A stretch of DNA of 64,000 nucleotides, from the NCBI GenBank assembly GCA_017991475.1, contig JAGOQK010000003.1:848-64847 (forward strand), written 5' to 3'. The stretch comes from Minisyncoccota bacterium. Its GTDB lineage: Bacteria > Patescibacteriota > Minisyncoccia > Phycocordibacterales > PALSA-1337. Below the pieces are notes generated by a model. It was not told the DNA's origin and ran no database searches. It saw only the letters and a program-made list of their open reading frames with translations. Below are positions 9,657-18,862 of the stretch, piece by piece (the first letter of the stretch is position 1; every line of letters starts with the position of its first letter). A program made the translations under genes and the position numbers.

Positions 9657-10925
9657 ATGCTAGATTTAACTCTCAACAAAATCCGCCGACTCATTCCTGC
9701 AAAGGCCTTCACGGCTCTCCAGGGACCCTACCATTGGACACTCTCTTTCCTCGCAGCACTCTGGTATCGATTCCCTTCTCGCAAGATCAAGGTCATCGCC
9801 GTGACTGGTACCAAAGGCAAGAGTTCGACCGTCGAGATCCTCAACGCAATCATGGAAGAAGCTGGATACAAAACCGCACTCTCGAATACTATTCGCTTCA
9901 AGGTCGGAGATATTTCTTCGGAGAATCTCTACAAGATGAGCATGCCCGGAAGATTCTTCGTACAAAAGATCATCAGGAAAGCCGTGAACAATGGTTGCCA
10001 ATACATGATCATGGAGATGACATCTCAGGGAGCACTTCTCCATCGTCACCGCTTCATCCAGATGGACGCATTCGTCTTCACCAACCTCTCCCCTGAACAT
10101 ATCGAGGCTCACGGATCATATGAGAATTATGCTCAGTCGAAACTCTCGATCGCGCGTCAGCTCGGCAAATCCAAGAAGCAGAATCGCATACTCATCGTCA
10201 ATGCTGATGACGCGGCGGCTGACCGATTCATGGAATGCGACGCTGATCGAAAAACAAGTTTCAGTATCCACGATGTCGAACCGTATGAAATCAAAAAGGA
10301 AGGTATAGAGTTTACTCTCGATGGAAGACGTGTCCGGTCGCACCTCTCTGGCCTCTTCAATCTCTACAACATCACTGCAGCCATCACTGCTGCACGGAGT
10401 CAAGATGTAGGCTTGAATGAGATCGTGCGCGCAATCGAGAATTTCAATGGCATACCAGGTCGTGTGCAGAGAATAGAATCGGGTCAAGACTTCACAGTCA
10501 TCGTCGACTATGCGCACACCGCAGACTCACTCGAGAAGCTCTACCAGGTGTTCCAATCATCGAGGAACATCTGTGTGCTTGGAGGTACTGGCGGCGGTCG
10601 CGACACGAGTAAGCGCGAAATTATGGGCAAAATTGCAGACACATACTGTGATGAGATTATTTTGACCGACGAAGATCCGTACGACGAAGATCCGAATAAG
10701 ATCGTTGCCGATGTCGCCAAGGGCATCTCAACTCAGAAACCGACCATCATCATGGATCGTCGCGAAGCCATCCGTGAGGCTATCAAGCGTGCGAAGACCG
10801 GAGATGCAATACTCATCACCGGCAAAGGGACGGATCCGTATATCATGGGTGCCAAAGGAACCAAGGTGCCGTGGAGTGATGCGAAGGTGGCGAGAGAAGA
10901 GATTGAGAAAAGAATTTCTATATAG
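9657..10925 (+). CDS. murE: Mur ligase family protein, most like MurE (UDP-MurNAc-L-Ala-D-Glu:diamino acid ligase)
   Basis: P-loop VIAVTGTKGKSST, central Mur-ligase domain and VDYAHTADSLEKL motif. Start is uncertain (9603 or 9657). Confidence 0.7.
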   Translation: MLDLTLNKIRRLIPAKAFTALQGPYHWTLSFLAALWYRFPSRKIKVIAVTGTKGKSSTVEILNAIMEEAGYKTALSNTIRFKVGDISSENLYKMSMPGRFFVQKIIRKAVNNGCQYMIMEMTSQGALLHRHRFIQMDAFVFTNLSPEHIEAHGSYENYAQSKLSIARQLGKSKKQNRILIVNADDAAADRFMECDADRKTSFSIHDVEPYEIKKEGIEFTLDGRRVRSHLSGLFNLYNITAAITAARSQDVGLNEIVRAIENFNGIPGRVQRIESGQDFTVIVDYAHTADSLEKLYQVFQSSRNICVLGGTGGGRDTSKREIMGKIADTYCDEIILTDEDPYDEDPNKIVADVAKGISTQKPTIIMDRREAIREAIKRAKTGDAILITGKGTDPYIMGAKGTKVPWSDAKVAREEIEKRISI

Positions 10926-12177
10926 ACTTCACTGAATACAATCCATTCAACTTCTCCACTGTCTTCGGTCCAATTATTCCCGTTCCTCCGAGACCATGTT
11001 TGTCTTGAAATGCCTTCACTGCCTCTCTGGTACACGGTCCGATCTTCCCTGTTCGTGGACAATCATTCTTGTTTCTACTTCCCGGAGGATATACCCCGTC
11101 GAGGAGAAGCGCGGTCTGGAGCGCATACACATCACGCACTGAAGCTGCTGTCTCACTGAACGAAGCTCCCCAGGTGTGTGGGAGCATCAGTGTATCGTAA
11201 CTTGCCGCAGCGACGGTTGTCTTGCCCTGATGGAAGAAATCCTCGAGACCGAGATAGGTTTGATACGCGAGATCCTTGATCGCAAGAGTGCGTGCCTCTG
11301 GATCTACTATCTGCGGCTCGTATATATAGGCATACTCGATGAGCAAACTCGCAGCATCGGCAGTATTGTTAGCGCCGATTGCGATAAGTTCGCGCTCGTC
11401 CACAATGCCACCTGATTCCCCTTGATGATCAGAGACTGCGTTGTACTTCGCGAGGCGCTTGAATACCGTCTGTGCAATAGCGCGCGTGGTCGTACTGTTC
11501 AAGTACTGCGCCTCCGGAACATATATGGAAAAACCGCTGTATTCACCCGGGGTCATCCATCCATGGCCAGGATAATCGTTGAAGTGAACATGGATCGCAA
11601 TGTCGACTGCGTTCTCATTGGACCACTTGGTGATGCCGTAGAGACGATATGCAACGTTACTCGGGGCAGTATTGTGATGCACTTTCGGAACGAAGTCTTG
11701 AGAACCGAACTGAGCGACACGACGGAGCGATTCTTCTTTGTGCGCCTTCTGCCACTCGATGATACTATCCCATGAATTCGTAAAATAATTCTGGAAAGTC
11801 GGGTTCCACGCTTTGCCATCACGAGGAATGATGACTTCATACTTGCTGTTTGAACCAAGAAATCCAGAAAGTTCCTGAGCGAGCTGTACGGTAAGGTCGC
11901 GCTCCTTGAGGTCACCATACTCAGCACCTCCATATCCTGGTTCATGTCCTGGCATGAGGAGTACGCGTATCTTGGCCTTACCTCGCTCGGCATCAACAGT
12001 ATATTTCTTTTGAAGTTCAGCGATGGTGCGCGGGTTGTGAGTGACAACTGCAGCGATCTGTCCGCCGAGATTCTCTATGTATGCCGCGAGACGGCCTGCC
12101 TGTTCTGGAAATTGCGTCGCCAGCCAGGGCGTAAGGAACAAGCTTATGAGTATGGCGAGTGCGATATAGTGACGCAT
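10918..12177 (-). CDS. N-acetylmuramoyl-L-alanine amidase (Amidase_3) with C-terminal PG_binding_1 domain
   Basis: LLMPGHEPGYGGAEY and IAIHVHFND Amidase_3 motifs; C-terminal TREAVKAFQDKHGLGGTGIIGPKTVEKL. Signal-peptide-like start MRHYIALAILISLFL. Confidence 0.8.
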   Translation of the reverse strand: MRHYIALAILISLFLTPWLATQFPEQAGRLAAYIENLGGQIAAVVTHNPRTIAELQKKYTVDAERGKAKIRVLLMPGHEPGYGGAEYGDLKERDLTVQLAQELSGFLGSNSKYEVIIPRDGKAWNPTFQNYFTNSWDSIIEWQKAHKEESLRRVAQFGSQDFVPKVHHNTAPSNVAYRLYGITKWSNENAVDIAIHVHFNDYPGHGWMTPGEYSGFSIYVPEAQYLNSTTTRAIAQTVFKRLAKYNAVSDHQGESGGIVDERELIAIGANNTADAASLLIEYAYIYEPQIVDPEARTLAIKDLAYQTYLGLEDFFHQGKTTVAAASYDTLMLPHTWGASFSETAASVRDVYALQTALLLDGVYPPGSRNKNDCPRTGKIGPCTREAVKAFQDKHGLGGTGIIGPKTVEKLNGLYSVKSI

Positions 12178-12195
12178 AATGTTGCACATAGTATA

Positions 12196-12320
12196 GCAGA
12201 CACCGCGCAGGTGGCGCATGTGTTTTCAGCATGTCATGCTTTGGCGGTCATATAAAGTCCGGATCTTCAATCCTAAACATGACATGCTGAAAACACATGC
12301 GCCACCTGCGCGGTGTCTGC
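12196..12320. repeat. Long perfect inverted repeat (43-bp arms, about 39-nt loop), hairpin family member B
   Basis: GCAGACACCGCGCAGGTGGCGCATGTGTTTTCAGCATGTCATG ... CATGACATGCTGAAAACACATGCGCCACCTGCGCGGTGTCTGC. Loop (as reverse complement) begins TTTAGGATTGAA, as in the copies at 31209 and 36972. Confidence 0.9.
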
Positions 12321-12363
12321 ATACCAACTTGCACTTTATACTCCTTTGCTCTTAACTATACTC

Positions 12364-13284
12364 ATGCCCGAACTCCCTGAAGTTCAAACGACCGTAAATG
12401 GTTTGAATGACCACGTCGTCGGTCTGACTATCACTGGTGTGTGGTCTGACTACAACAGTTCCCATTTCAAAGGATCAGATACCATCAAGGATCCGAGGTA
12501 TTTTGAGCTCCTCAAAAAAGAGATTACTGGCACGAGAATAGTTTCTGCTAAGCGACGTGCAAAAAACATACTGATCGAACTTTCGAGTGGTTCTACCCTG
12601 CTTGTCCACCTCAAGATGACCGGTCACCTACTCTATGGTTGCTACCTATTCAATACTGAGAGGAAAAAGGATCCCTGGGAAGCGATAAGTCCTGAACCAT
12701 TGAAGGATCCGAAGAATAGACATGTGCACTTCCTGATTTCATTCTCGAATAAAAAACACCTCGCCCTTTCTGATGTGCGAAAATTCGCCAAGGTTACTTT
12801 GCTCGACTCGAAGAAATTACACGACTCCGAGCACCTCAACGCAATCGGTCCAGAACCTCTAGATGAGTCATTCACATTCGAAAAGTTCACCTCAAGACTC
12901 AACCTTAAGGCAAGCGGAAAAATCAAGCAGGTTCTCATGGATCAGAGCATCATTGCGGGCGTCGGGAATATCTATGCTGACGAGTCACTTTGGCGTGCAG
13001 GAATACATCCAGCGCAAAAAGTATCTACAATTCCTGTGAAAGATATGAAATTACTTTTTACCGCGATGAAACAGACACTGTCGAAAGGAATACATTTTGG
13101 CGGTGACTCAACATCTGACTACCGAAATATTCATGGCGAGAAGGGTGAGTTCCATGAGACGCATCATGCATATCAACGAACAGGATCGAAATGTGACAAG
13201 AAGGGGTGTGGTGGGGCTATCGTGAGGATTGTGCTTGGTGGGAGAGGAACTCATTTCTGTGATAAGCATCAGCGATTGAGCTGA
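12364..13284 (+). CDS. mutM: Formamidopyrimidine-DNA glycosylase (Fpg/MutM, Fpg/Nei family) with insertions
   Basis: MPELPEVQTT N-terminus (catalytic Pro2), H2TH region, C-terminal zinc finger CDKKGCGGAIVRIVLGGRGTHFCDKHQ. Confidence 0.85.
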   Translation: MPELPEVQTTVNGLNDHVVGLTITGVWSDYNSSHFKGSDTIKDPRYFELLKKEITGTRIVSAKRRAKNILIELSSGSTLLVHLKMTGHLLYGCYLFNTERKKDPWEAISPEPLKDPKNRHVHFLISFSNKKHLALSDVRKFAKVTLLDSKKLHDSEHLNAIGPEPLDESFTFEKFTSRLNLKASGKIKQVLMDQSIIAGVGNIYADESLWRAGIHPAQKVSTIPVKDMKLLFTAMKQTLSKGIHFGGDSTSDYRNIHGEKGEFHETHHAYQRTGSKCDKKGCGGAIVRIVLGGRGTHFCDKHQRLS

Positions 13285-13775
13285 AACAACGCAACCCCAG
13301 CCGCCACCGACACATTCAAGGACTCCTTCTTCCCTGCCATAGGTATCTCCATAATATAATCAGCACTTTTTAAAAGTTCTTTCGACACTCCACCAACTTC
13401 ATTACCGAGAATGAGCGCGACACCAGCATTTTTCTTTGTTGCGCCGCTTTTTATTTTCTGCGAAATTTCACGATAATCAACCGATCGCTCATCCTGTTCG
13501 AGTGCAACAACAGTGAACCCCTCCTTTTTGATATCTTTGATGAGAGTTAAAGTCGCTTTCGTATCTGCAACATATTCCCAAGCAACCAAGTCTTCCGCAC
13601 CAAGAGAGACTTTTACGAGATCTTTCCTCTTCCTGCCAAAACGATCCACAGGTGAAGGAGTGGTGCCTACCAGATATATCTTCGACACACCCGCGGCATC
13701 TGCAGTACGGAAAATAGAGCCAACATTATGGATACTACGGATATTATCGAGGATGAGGCAGATACTGTTGGACAT
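13269..13775 (-). CDS. SpoU/TrmH-family RNA 2'-O-methyltransferase
   Basis: ICLILDNIRSIHNVGSIFRTADAAG, LILGNEVGGVS and EIPMAGKKESLNVSVAAGVALFQ SPOUT motifs. Confidence 0.8.
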   Translation of the reverse strand: MSNSICLILDNIRSIHNVGSIFRTADAAGVSKIYLVGTTPSPVDRFGRKRKDLVKVSLGAEDLVAWEYVADTKATLTLIKDIKKEGFTVVALEQDERSVDYREISQKIKSGATKKNAGVALILGNEVGGVSKELLKSADYIMEIPMAGKKESLNVSVAAGVALFQLNR

Positions 13776-13855
13776 TCCTTAGAAATTGAGTCAATTAGTA
13801 ATTAGGACTTAAATCTACTATACTACTCATATTACACAATAACCGCTCATCTACC

Positions 13856-14224
13856 ATGCTTTCTGTATTCCCCACCCTCCTCTCATACGAACAACTTGCG
13901 CCGTTCATCCTCCGTATGATGCTCGGTATCACTCTTGCATATTTCGGCTACCAGAAGATCCTCGGCAAAGGCGGCAGTTCTGGTAGTAACACCAAGATCT
14001 ATGGCGGCATCGAGGTGCTCATCTCCGTCTTTCTCATCATCGGTCTCTGGACCCAGGTCGCTGCTCTGGTGAATGCAGTTATCCTCGTAGTCAAAATCGG
14101 TTTCAAGATCCGCCACAAAGAGTTCCTCACAAATGGCGTCAACTACTACCTACTCCTCCTCGCCATGGCAGTCTCTGTCATGTTCCTTGGTGCTGGCTGG
14201 TTTGCGTTCGATATGCCGCTCTAA
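13856..14224 (+). CDS. DoxX-family membrane protein
   Basis: About 120 aa, 3-4 TM, with the RxxLGxxxxxxGxxK signature of DoxX. Confidence 0.7.
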   Translation: MLSVFPTLLSYEQLAPFILRMMLGITLAYFGYQKILGKGGSSGSNTKIYGGIEVLISVFLIIGLWTQVAALVNAVILVVKIGFKIRHKEFLTNGVNYYLLLLAMAVSVMFLGAGWFAFDMPL

Positions 14225-14251
14225 ATAAAATTTTAAGAACTTAAATAGCTG

Positions 14252-14324
14252 TGCGCCCAGTTGGAATCGAACCAACGACCCACTCCTTAAAAGGGAGTTG
14301 CTCTACCGACTGAGCTATGGGCGC
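14252..14324 (-). tRNA. tRNA-Lys (anticodon TTT)
   Basis: Reverse complement GCGCCCATAGCTCAGTCGGTAGAGCAACTCCCTTTTAAGGAGTGGGTCGTTGGTTCGATTCCAACTGGGCGCA; anticodon loop CTTTTAA. Confidence 0.85.
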
Positions 14325-14432
14325 AAATGAGAATCCAAAGAACAAATATACCCTGCATTCGTTCTGTTGGTTCGAATGCCGCGCCTATACGGATTTGGTA
14401 TGGGCGCAAGAACTACACATTACCACAAAAAC

Positions 14433-15170
14433 CTACTTCTTCAAGTCGAGCATCACCCTCTCCACCGCCAACTCTGCATCACAGACCCCTCGATGAGCAT
14501 CATGATACACCGTGATCAGCTTCTCAGTGAGCGTGTCCAACTCTCCTTCACTATAGTTCCCCGCGGCCTTTTTTGCCTTTGAAAATACGAAAGGGCTCAA
14601 GCCCGACTCACCAGCACTCTTTGCATTCGCCGCCAACTTCATGGATTTCACCTGCCAGAAAAGCGTGCCAATGATGCTCTCAGGCTCATTTCCTTGATCG
14701 ACCGCTTCACGATACACCGACCAAGCCTTGAATGGATCTCGAGCTCCGACCGCATCTGCGAGCGCAAAAATATTAAAATCGCCCGACTGTCGACTATCGA
14801 CTGCCGACTTTTGACTATCTCCACACTCCACCATCTTCTCCGCCGACTTCTCTAACGCCTTTTTCAATTCCGCATTGAGCTTCCCTTCCAACACAATGAA
14901 TATATTCGTCGACTCAGCCATCACGGGCACAAATCCTGCAAAAGATTCTTTCGCTTCTGCATTCTCGGTCACACGATCCAGATAGATGATGTATTTATTC
15001 GAAAACAAACCCTGACCACCAATGTGTTCCTCTATGATCGAAGGGTTCCACTGACCCGCCTCAACGCGTACATATGAGGCGTCGGGTCTCTTGGTACGCA
15101 GTGAAGACACCAGAGTTGTCGCTTTGGTGACTGCGGATGCGGTGTCTGTGCCATGGAAGACGTAGAGCAT
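14433..15170 (-). CDS. holA: DNA polymerase III delta subunit (HolA-like)
   Basis: Size, N-terminal MLYVFHGTD (clamp-loader delta start), helical C-terminal domain; lies directly downstream of polA. Confidence 0.65.
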   Translation of the reverse strand: MLYVFHGTDTASAVTKATTLVSSLRTKRPDASYVRVEAGQWNPSIIEEHIGGQGLFSNKYIIYLDRVTENAEAKESFAGFVPVMAESTNIFIVLEGKLNAELKKALEKSAEKMVECGDSQKSAVDSRQSGDFNIFALADAVGARDPFKAWSVYREAVDQGNEPESIIGTLFWQVKSMKLAANAKSAGESGLSPFVFSKAKKAAGNYSEGELDTLTEKLITVYHDAHRGVCDAELAVERVMLDLKK

Positions 15171-15239
15171 AATGAAAGTATACCTTTATTTAAACAAATA
15201 AAAAGACCGCCGAAACTATTTCCAGCGGTTGATTTACAG

Positions 15240-15539
15240 TCAGGATTGCTTGATCAAAGTCCCACGGATAATCCCGTATTGGGGCCAATTTGAAACACTA
15301 AACAGGTATTCACAACCATCAGGCAAAACGACTGTGCCGGTCACATATTCATCAATTCTGAGTTTGAAACTCTCTTTGCCCCAAAGAAAAGTAATCAGGG
15401 CCTTTACTCGGTCGGTAGTTAGATTTGTTTCATCGTGAGTAATTTCGAAATCAAAGCTATTTGGTGCCATATCCCATTTTTTCTGCTTCCCTCCAAGCAA
15501 CTGATTTACAATGAAATCCCCAAGTGACGTCGCGTTCAT
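15240..15539 (-). CDS. Hypothetical protein
   Basis: ORF between polA and holA; start chosen at MNATSLGDF. Confidence 0.35.
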   Translation of the reverse strand: MNATSLGDFIVNQLLGGKQKKWDMAPNSFDFEITHDETNLTTDRVKALITFLWGKESFKLRIDEYVTGTVVLPDGCEYLFSVSNWPQYGIIRGTLIKQS

Positions 15540-15629
15540 TATGCTGTTCCTTTCATTTTCGAGGAATAACCCTCTTTGTTTGGTACATAAAACTATCCGT
15601 ATATAATCATTGAAGATACAGTGTGTCAA

Positions 15630-18281
15630 CTACTTCAACTCCCCCCAACTCTCCCCTATCGCACCATCTGCTCTCAGTGCAATCCCTTTGGTATCTTCAA
15701 GACTCATGACACCCTCCATGATCTTCTCGATCTCCTTCGAGACCGCTTCTGCCTTTTCATTCTTGATCTCATAGACGAGCTCGTCGTGAACTTGGAGCAA
15801 CGCATGAACATCAGCCTCAAGACCATTCTTCTTGATATACTCATCCACTCGTACCATCGCGATCTTGATCACGTCAGCCTCCGTTCCTTGGATCGGTGCA
15901 TTGATAGCCATACGCTCTGCCTGAGCGCGAATATAGGGAATCTTAGACTTGATACCCTCGAAGTATCTGCGACGACCATAGAAGGTCTCTGTGTAGCCAC
16001 GACGCGCAGTCTCAGCCTTCACTTCATTGAGGTAGTTCGCGAGCATTGAGAATGTGTGGAAATAATCATCATAGAATTTCTGCGCAGTCGGACGATCGGT
16101 GCCAATACTCTTCTGGAGCGACGTCACGCCCATACCATAGAGCATGCCGAAGTTGATGGCCTTGGCTTGGCGGCGCATCTCAGAGGTCACCTGATCCTGT
16201 GGGACCTTGAATACAAACGCTGCAACTGATGCATGCACATCCTGTCCTCCTTTGAAGATCTCTATCATCTTCTCGTCGTTCGACAAGAAAGCTGCGATAC
16301 GGAGCTCGATCTGGGAATAGTCGAAGCTGCAGAGCTTGTATCCCCTCTCAGCGATGAATGCATATCTGATGGCTTTGCCGAGCTCGGTCTTGATCGGGAT
16401 ATTCTGGAGATTGGGATTGATAGACGCCATACGACCTGTCGCTGATCCTGCTGATACGAGATGTGAGTGCAGACGATTATTCTTGTCGAGAAGTGGCGGT
16501 ATCGCATCGATATAAGTCGAAAGAAGTTTGGTAAGTTCACGGTACTCGAAGATGAGCTTCACGATCGGGTGAAGGTCGACGAGCTTTTCGAGCTCTGATT
16601 CTTTGGTCGAGCGTGCACCACCCGCAGTTTTCTTCATACCCTTTGCCGTCAATCCGAGCTTGTCAAAAAGTACTTCACCGAGCTGCTTGGGTGAACTGAT
16701 ATTGAATTCCATATCCGCAAGCTTCCAGATCTCCTTTTGCAGTCGATCAGCCTCTGCGTGATACTTTTTGCCGAGATCTTCGAGCAGTATCTTGTCTACC
16801 TTGATACCGCGCTCCTCCATCTTGTCAGTGATCGGAATGAGTGGAAGTTCAATATCTTCATACACCTTTCGCAGATTCCTTTTATCGAGCTCCGCAAATA
16901 CTGTCTCGCGCGCTTTCCCAAACTCATCCGTATTGGCAAAATTGAGCAGATCTTCTAGTGTCGGATTCGTCAGGTTCGAGTTCACCACCCATAGCGCAAG
17001 TAATGTCTCTTTGAGAACCGTCGGATCAATGGCGCTATTAAAAAGAGAGGTTGATGTGGGTGCGGGTGAAGTAGTGGTTGGATTTACATCTGCTGTGCTG
17101 TCATTCCCGCGCAGGCGGGAATCCAGGGTTTTACCAGGAACTTTATTTTTGCTATCCGTCGCCCCTGCGTTCGAGTCAGTGGTATGACCCTGGATTCCCG
17201 CCTGCGCGGGAATGACAGCAGAAGCCGCTCCTACACCCGCCCCTCCACCCACCACCTTCTGCAAGCGCTGCACCAACGTTCGAAATTCGAGTTGCGTCCA
17301 AAGCGTCGTCACCTTCTTGATATCCAATCCTTCCTTGAATGTCTTCTCCGGCAACACAAACTCCACCGGCGCCTTCCTATTGATCGTCGCGAGCATCTTG
17401 CTGAATTCTGCCTCCTCTTTGTTATCTTTCAAGAGCTGCACAATTCTCGGCGTAATCCCTGCATCCAAGAATTTTTTCTCATGGCCTGCCTCGAGCTCCT
17501 TATACATATTCTCGATCGTCCCAAATGTCGTGATGAGAATGGTTGCCGTCTTTTCACCGATCCCTTTCACGCCGATAATATTGTCCGATGGATCTCCACG
17601 AAGTCCCTTGTAGTCAGGAATGAGTTCTGGCCCAAATCCAAATCGCTCACGCACCATATCTTCGTCATAGATGATCGTATCCTTGATTCCCTTTTTCAGA
17701 GTATAAACGCGCACAGTTGTCCCTTTAACCAACTGTAAGGTATCCATATCACCCGAGGCGATAACAATCTCAAGTCGATGGTCAGCAGTCGGCAGTCCTT
17801 GCGACTTTAGTTTCGAGCGGCTCTGACTGTCGACTGCTGACTGTCGACTAATCACTTGTTCTACTATGGTTCCCAACATATCATCTGCTTCATATCCTTC
17901 CTTGCTATACATCGGTATGTCGAGCGCCGTGAATATATCCGGAGACCGATTGATCTGGGTGATGAGGTCATCATCAGTCTCCTTGCGTTGTGCTTTGTAG
18001 CCCTTGTACGCTTCATGGCGGAATGTGAGACCCTTGAGATCATAGCAAGCTACTACATAGTCAGGCTTGAGTTGCTCAATGATGCTGATGAGCATGGTCG
18101 AGAGACCGTAGAGTGCACCCGTAGGCTCGCCACGCGCCGTCGAGAAGTCAGGCAGGGCGTGGTAGGCACGATGAAGTATTGCGTGAGTATCGAGGAGTAC
18201 CAGGCGCTTGGTTTCTACCTTCTCGGCTTTTGGGGATTTTGCAGGCTTTTTTGTGGCTGGTGACATAGGGGCATTGTACAC
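15630..18281 (-). CDS. polA: DNA polymerase I (5'-3' exonuclease + 3'-5' exonuclease-like + polymerase domains) carrying an in-frame palindromic-repeat insertion in the inter-domain linker
   Basis: 883 aa. 5'-nuclease N-terminus (LVLLDTHAILHRAYHA), polymerase motifs (DYSQIELRIAAFLS, motif B RRQAKAINFGMLYG, motif C LQVHDELVYE). Linker contains ...AVIPAQAGIQ...SRLRGNDS... encoded by the hairpin repeat at 17097-17219. Confidence 0.95.
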   Translation of the reverse strand: MYNAPMSPATKKPAKSPKAEKVETKRLVLLDTHAILHRAYHALPDFSTARGEPTGALYGLSTMLISIIEQLKPDYVVACYDLKGLTFRHEAYKGYKAQRKETDDDLITQINRSPDIFTALDIPMYSKEGYEADDMLGTIVEQVISRQSAVDSQSRSKLKSQGLPTADHRLEIVIASGDMDTLQLVKGTTVRVYTLKKGIKDTIIYDEDMVRERFGFGPELIPDYKGLRGDPSDNIIGVKGIGEKTATILITTFGTIENMYKELEAGHEKKFLDAGITPRIVQLLKDNKEEAEFSKMLATINRKAPVEFVLPEKTFKEGLDIKKVTTLWTQLEFRTLVQRLQKVVGGGAGVGAASAVIPAQAGIQGHTTDSNAGATDSKNKVPGKTLDSRLRGNDSTADVNPTTTSPAPTSTSLFNSAIDPTVLKETLLALWVVNSNLTNPTLEDLLNFANTDEFGKARETVFAELDKRNLRKVYEDIELPLIPITDKMEERGIKVDKILLEDLGKKYHAEADRLQKEIWKLADMEFNISSPKQLGEVLFDKLGLTAKGMKKTAGGARSTKESELEKLVDLHPIVKLIFEYRELTKLLSTYIDAIPPLLDKNNRLHSHLVSAGSATGRMASINPNLQNIPIKTELGKAIRYAFIAERGYKLCSFDYSQIELRIAAFLSNDEKMIEIFKGGQDVHASVAAFVFKVPQDQVTSEMRRQAKAINFGMLYGMGVTSLQKSIGTDRPTAQKFYDDYFHTFSMLANYLNEVKAETARRGYTETFYGRRRYFEGIKSKIPYIRAQAERMAINAPIQGTEADVIKIAMVRVDEYIKKNGLEADVHALLQVHDELVYEIKNEKAEAVSKEIEKIMEGVMSLEDTKGIALRADGAIGESWGELK
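17097..17219. repeat. 123-bp palindromic element (33-bp perfect arms with a nested TTCCCGCGCAGGCGGGAA mini-palindrome) embedded in-frame in polA
   Basis: GCTGTCATTCCCGCGCAGGCGGGAATCCAGGGT ... ACCCTGGATTCCCGCCTGCGCGGGAATGACAGC. Length is a multiple of 3 and the polA ORF reads through it. Confidence 0.85.
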
Positions 18282-18319
18282 CAGAATGAGGTGCCTTCGT
18301 AGAGGTTACTCCAACTGCC

Positions 18320-18850
18320 TTATTCAGCTTTCTTCACCATCTCCATATCAATGATAATCGCTCCGCTTTTTAGTCGACCAGATTCCTGCGCCGTTCTTTT
18401 TCCTGTATCGGTAAAACCCAATTTTTTATAAAAGTTTATTGCGTTTTCTGTATATTCTGCAACCTGAACATATGTATCTTTTCTAGGGTCAAGAAATTCC
18501 ATCGCCTTATTCCAAAGTTTCGTTCCAATTCCCTTGTTCTGAAATTCGGGCAAAATGTACAGGGTTCTTAAATGATTATTATTCTCATTTCTAATAACTG
18601 TACAAGCACCGACGACCATATTCCCTCTTTTTGCAACCAGTCTTTTTTTATTTTCTGGTAAATTTCTTATTAATTCCTTTAAGTTATCAATCTTTTCATC
18701 AGAAAAATCATCCTTATAGCTATCTTCAATATCATCTATTGTCACTCCCTTCTCTTTATTCGGGTATGTCGAAAGCCATGCTTTATAGAATACATTTGTA
18801 ATTCCTAACGCATCATCAGGAACAGCATCAAGAATATTGATATCTTCCAT
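18320..18850 (-). CDS. GNAT-family N-acetyltransferase
   Basis: Acetyl-CoA binding motif region (VAKRGNMVVGACTV...QNKGIGTKLWNKAMEF). Confidence 0.8.
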   Translation of the reverse strand: MEDINILDAVPDDALGITNVFYKAWLSTYPNKEKGVTIDDIEDSYKDDFSDEKIDNLKELIRNLPENKKRLVAKRGNMVVGACTVIRNENNNHLRTLYILPEFQNKGIGTKLWNKAMEFLDPRKDTYVQVAEYTENAINFYKKLGFTDTGKRTAQESGRLKSGAIIIDMEMVKKAE

Positions 18851-18862
18851 ATTATTTAAAAA

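Noticed and set aside
12178-12219. First 14 codons of the amidase ORF
   Set aside because: They overlap the left arm of hairpin B; a signal-peptide-like Met at 12177 is the more plausible start.
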